Shown piece by piece: positions 62,873 to 64,000 of a stretch of 64,000 bases of DNA; position 1 is the stretch's first letter; every line of letters starts with the position of its first letter. Location of the stretch: positions 15,564,001 through 15,628,000 of the forward strand of contig NC_087263.1 in assembly GCF_037042905.1 (NCBI RefSeq). The letters are read 5' to 3'. The translations under genes and the position numbers were made by a program. This stretch comes from Lytechinus pictus. Lineage: Eukaryota. The notes beneath the pieces are model-generated. The model saw only the letters and a program-made list of their open reading frames with translations. It searched no databases and was not told where the DNA came from.

Positions 62873-63401
62873 GCGAGTTCGTTATTTTCTTACAGTTCTT
62901 TATCTAAGGATTCTTCCTTTGGAGTTGCTCCCCTCTGGAGGATATTTGCATTCATGATAATTTTGGTAGCATTTTTCTTCTGCACCCACTTTCAGCTTTA
63001 CATATTTTTATACTATCAATTGAACTTGCCTAATACTGTATGAATCTCTTGGGACCTCATAACTCTGGGTATCATAAGCCAGATTCAACTTGGAAGCCGT
63101 AAATAATGCATACTTCAATGTTCTTGTCGGTAATATTGATTTCGCCTTGCCAATTGTCAGAATGCCTCCACACACCTTACATTTGGAATAGCACCCAATT
63201 CGGGAACAGCATGTTCCATATGTTTGTACAATATATATATATATATATATATGTGTAAAGTTATACATGTACAACAGCTTTGGCAACTCTTTTATTTAAA
63301 TATTGTAAAGAAATGGATGAAGAGAACAATGGTAGGCGTAGCTTAAATCAAGGTTCCCCAGAGCTATCTACCCTTTGGAAAAATTGGTGATGCCGAAAAA
63401 A

Positions 63402-63473
63402 TGTCTCTGCCGGGAATCGAACCCGGGCCCCCAGCTTTGAACGCCGGTGCCTTAACCACTAGACCACAGAGAC
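63402..63473 (-). tRNA. tRNA-like gene, anticodon TCA (opal-reading type), copy 1
   Basis: GTCTCTG TG GTCT AGTGGTTA AGGC A CCGGC GTTCAAA GCTGG GGGC CCGGG TTCGATT CCCGG CAGAGAC A; all four stems pair, A and B boxes present, followed by TTTTTT. Confidence 0.75.
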
Positions 63474-63800
63474 GGGTTAGTGGCTAGGGCGACCCCGATC
63501 CGATTGACCGTCAGATAGACAGATTTTCGACACTATACCAATGATAATTTCCTTTGTCGGGTGAAGGTGGGTTTCGAACAATGACAAGCCGCCATGCTTC
63601 AGCTGGATCAAAGCTATCGCTTTGATACAGTACACGAGAAAGTATACAAATGTGTAAAGTTATACATGTACAACAGCTTTGGCAACTCTTTTATTTAAAT
63701 ATTGTAAAGAAATGGATGAAGAGAACAATGGTAGGCGTAGCTTAAATCAAGGTTCCCCAGAGCTATCTACCCTTTGGAAAAATTGGTGATGCCGAAAAAA

Positions 63801-63872
63801 TGTCTCTGCCGGGAATCGAACCCGGGCCCCCAGCTTTGAACGCCGGTGCCTTAACCACTAGACCACAGAGAC
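63801..63872 (-). tRNA. tRNA-like gene, anticodon TCA, copy 2
   Basis: Identical to copy 1, 399 bp away. Confidence 0.75.
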
Positions 63873-64000
63873 GGGTTAGTGGCTAGGGCGACCCCGATCC
63901 GATTGACCGTCAGATAGACAGATTTTCGACACTATACCAATTATACATGTAATTTCCTTTGTCGGGTGAAGGTGGGTTTCGAACAATGACAAGCCGCCAA

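Larger units (their letters stand above)
63251..64000. repeat. 399-bp tandem direct repeat (about 1.9 units visible) carrying the tRNA-like gene, abutting a (TA)n tract
   Basis: atgtgtaaagttatacatgtacaac starts at 63251 and 63650; units near-identical; (TA)n at about 63231-63251. Confidence 0.9.

Noticed and set aside
63402..63473. tRNA-Sec
   Set aside because: It has a 7-bp acceptor stem, a 4-bp D stem, a 4-nt variable loop and A73. tRNA-Sec needs a long variable arm, an extended acceptor stem and G73.
63402..63473. Mitochondrial tRNA-Trp(UCA) insertion (NUMT)
   Set aside because: GC-rich with canonical Pol III A/B boxes and terminator; no mitochondrial-looking flanks seen.
63580..63630. 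SECIS element (ATGA...hairpin) on the plus strand
   Set aside because: No AA motif or GA quartet at the required spacing.

Overview
AT-rich animal genomic DNA; the repeat repertoire suggests a marine invertebrate, possibly a sea urchin (inference). The window lies inside one very large plus-strand gene. I reconstructed 39 exons (about 7.9 kb CDS, about 2,600 aa, open at both ends) that splice in one continuous frame into 29 tandem fibronectin type III (FN3) domains. Phase-1 introns separate the domains and the last donor is a GC. The introns hold a decayed L2/CR1-group LINE, a 5'-truncated RTE LINE, L2 and SINE fragments, four Helentron/DINE-like elements with internal tandem repeats, hAT-like, Tc1/mariner-like and Kolobok-like non-autonomous transposons, many MITEs and microsatellites. 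Three things stand out. (1) A 399-bp tandem unit next to a (TA)n tract at the right edge carries an intact 72-nt tRNA-like gene with anticodon UCA (opal-reading, not Sec-shaped), A/B boxes and a T6 terminator, plus a hammerhead-like motif. (2) Local duplications of exon/intron junctions recur at about ten exons, creating decoy splice sites. (3) The FN3 array shows a short/long alternation and a 5-domain cysteine periodicity.
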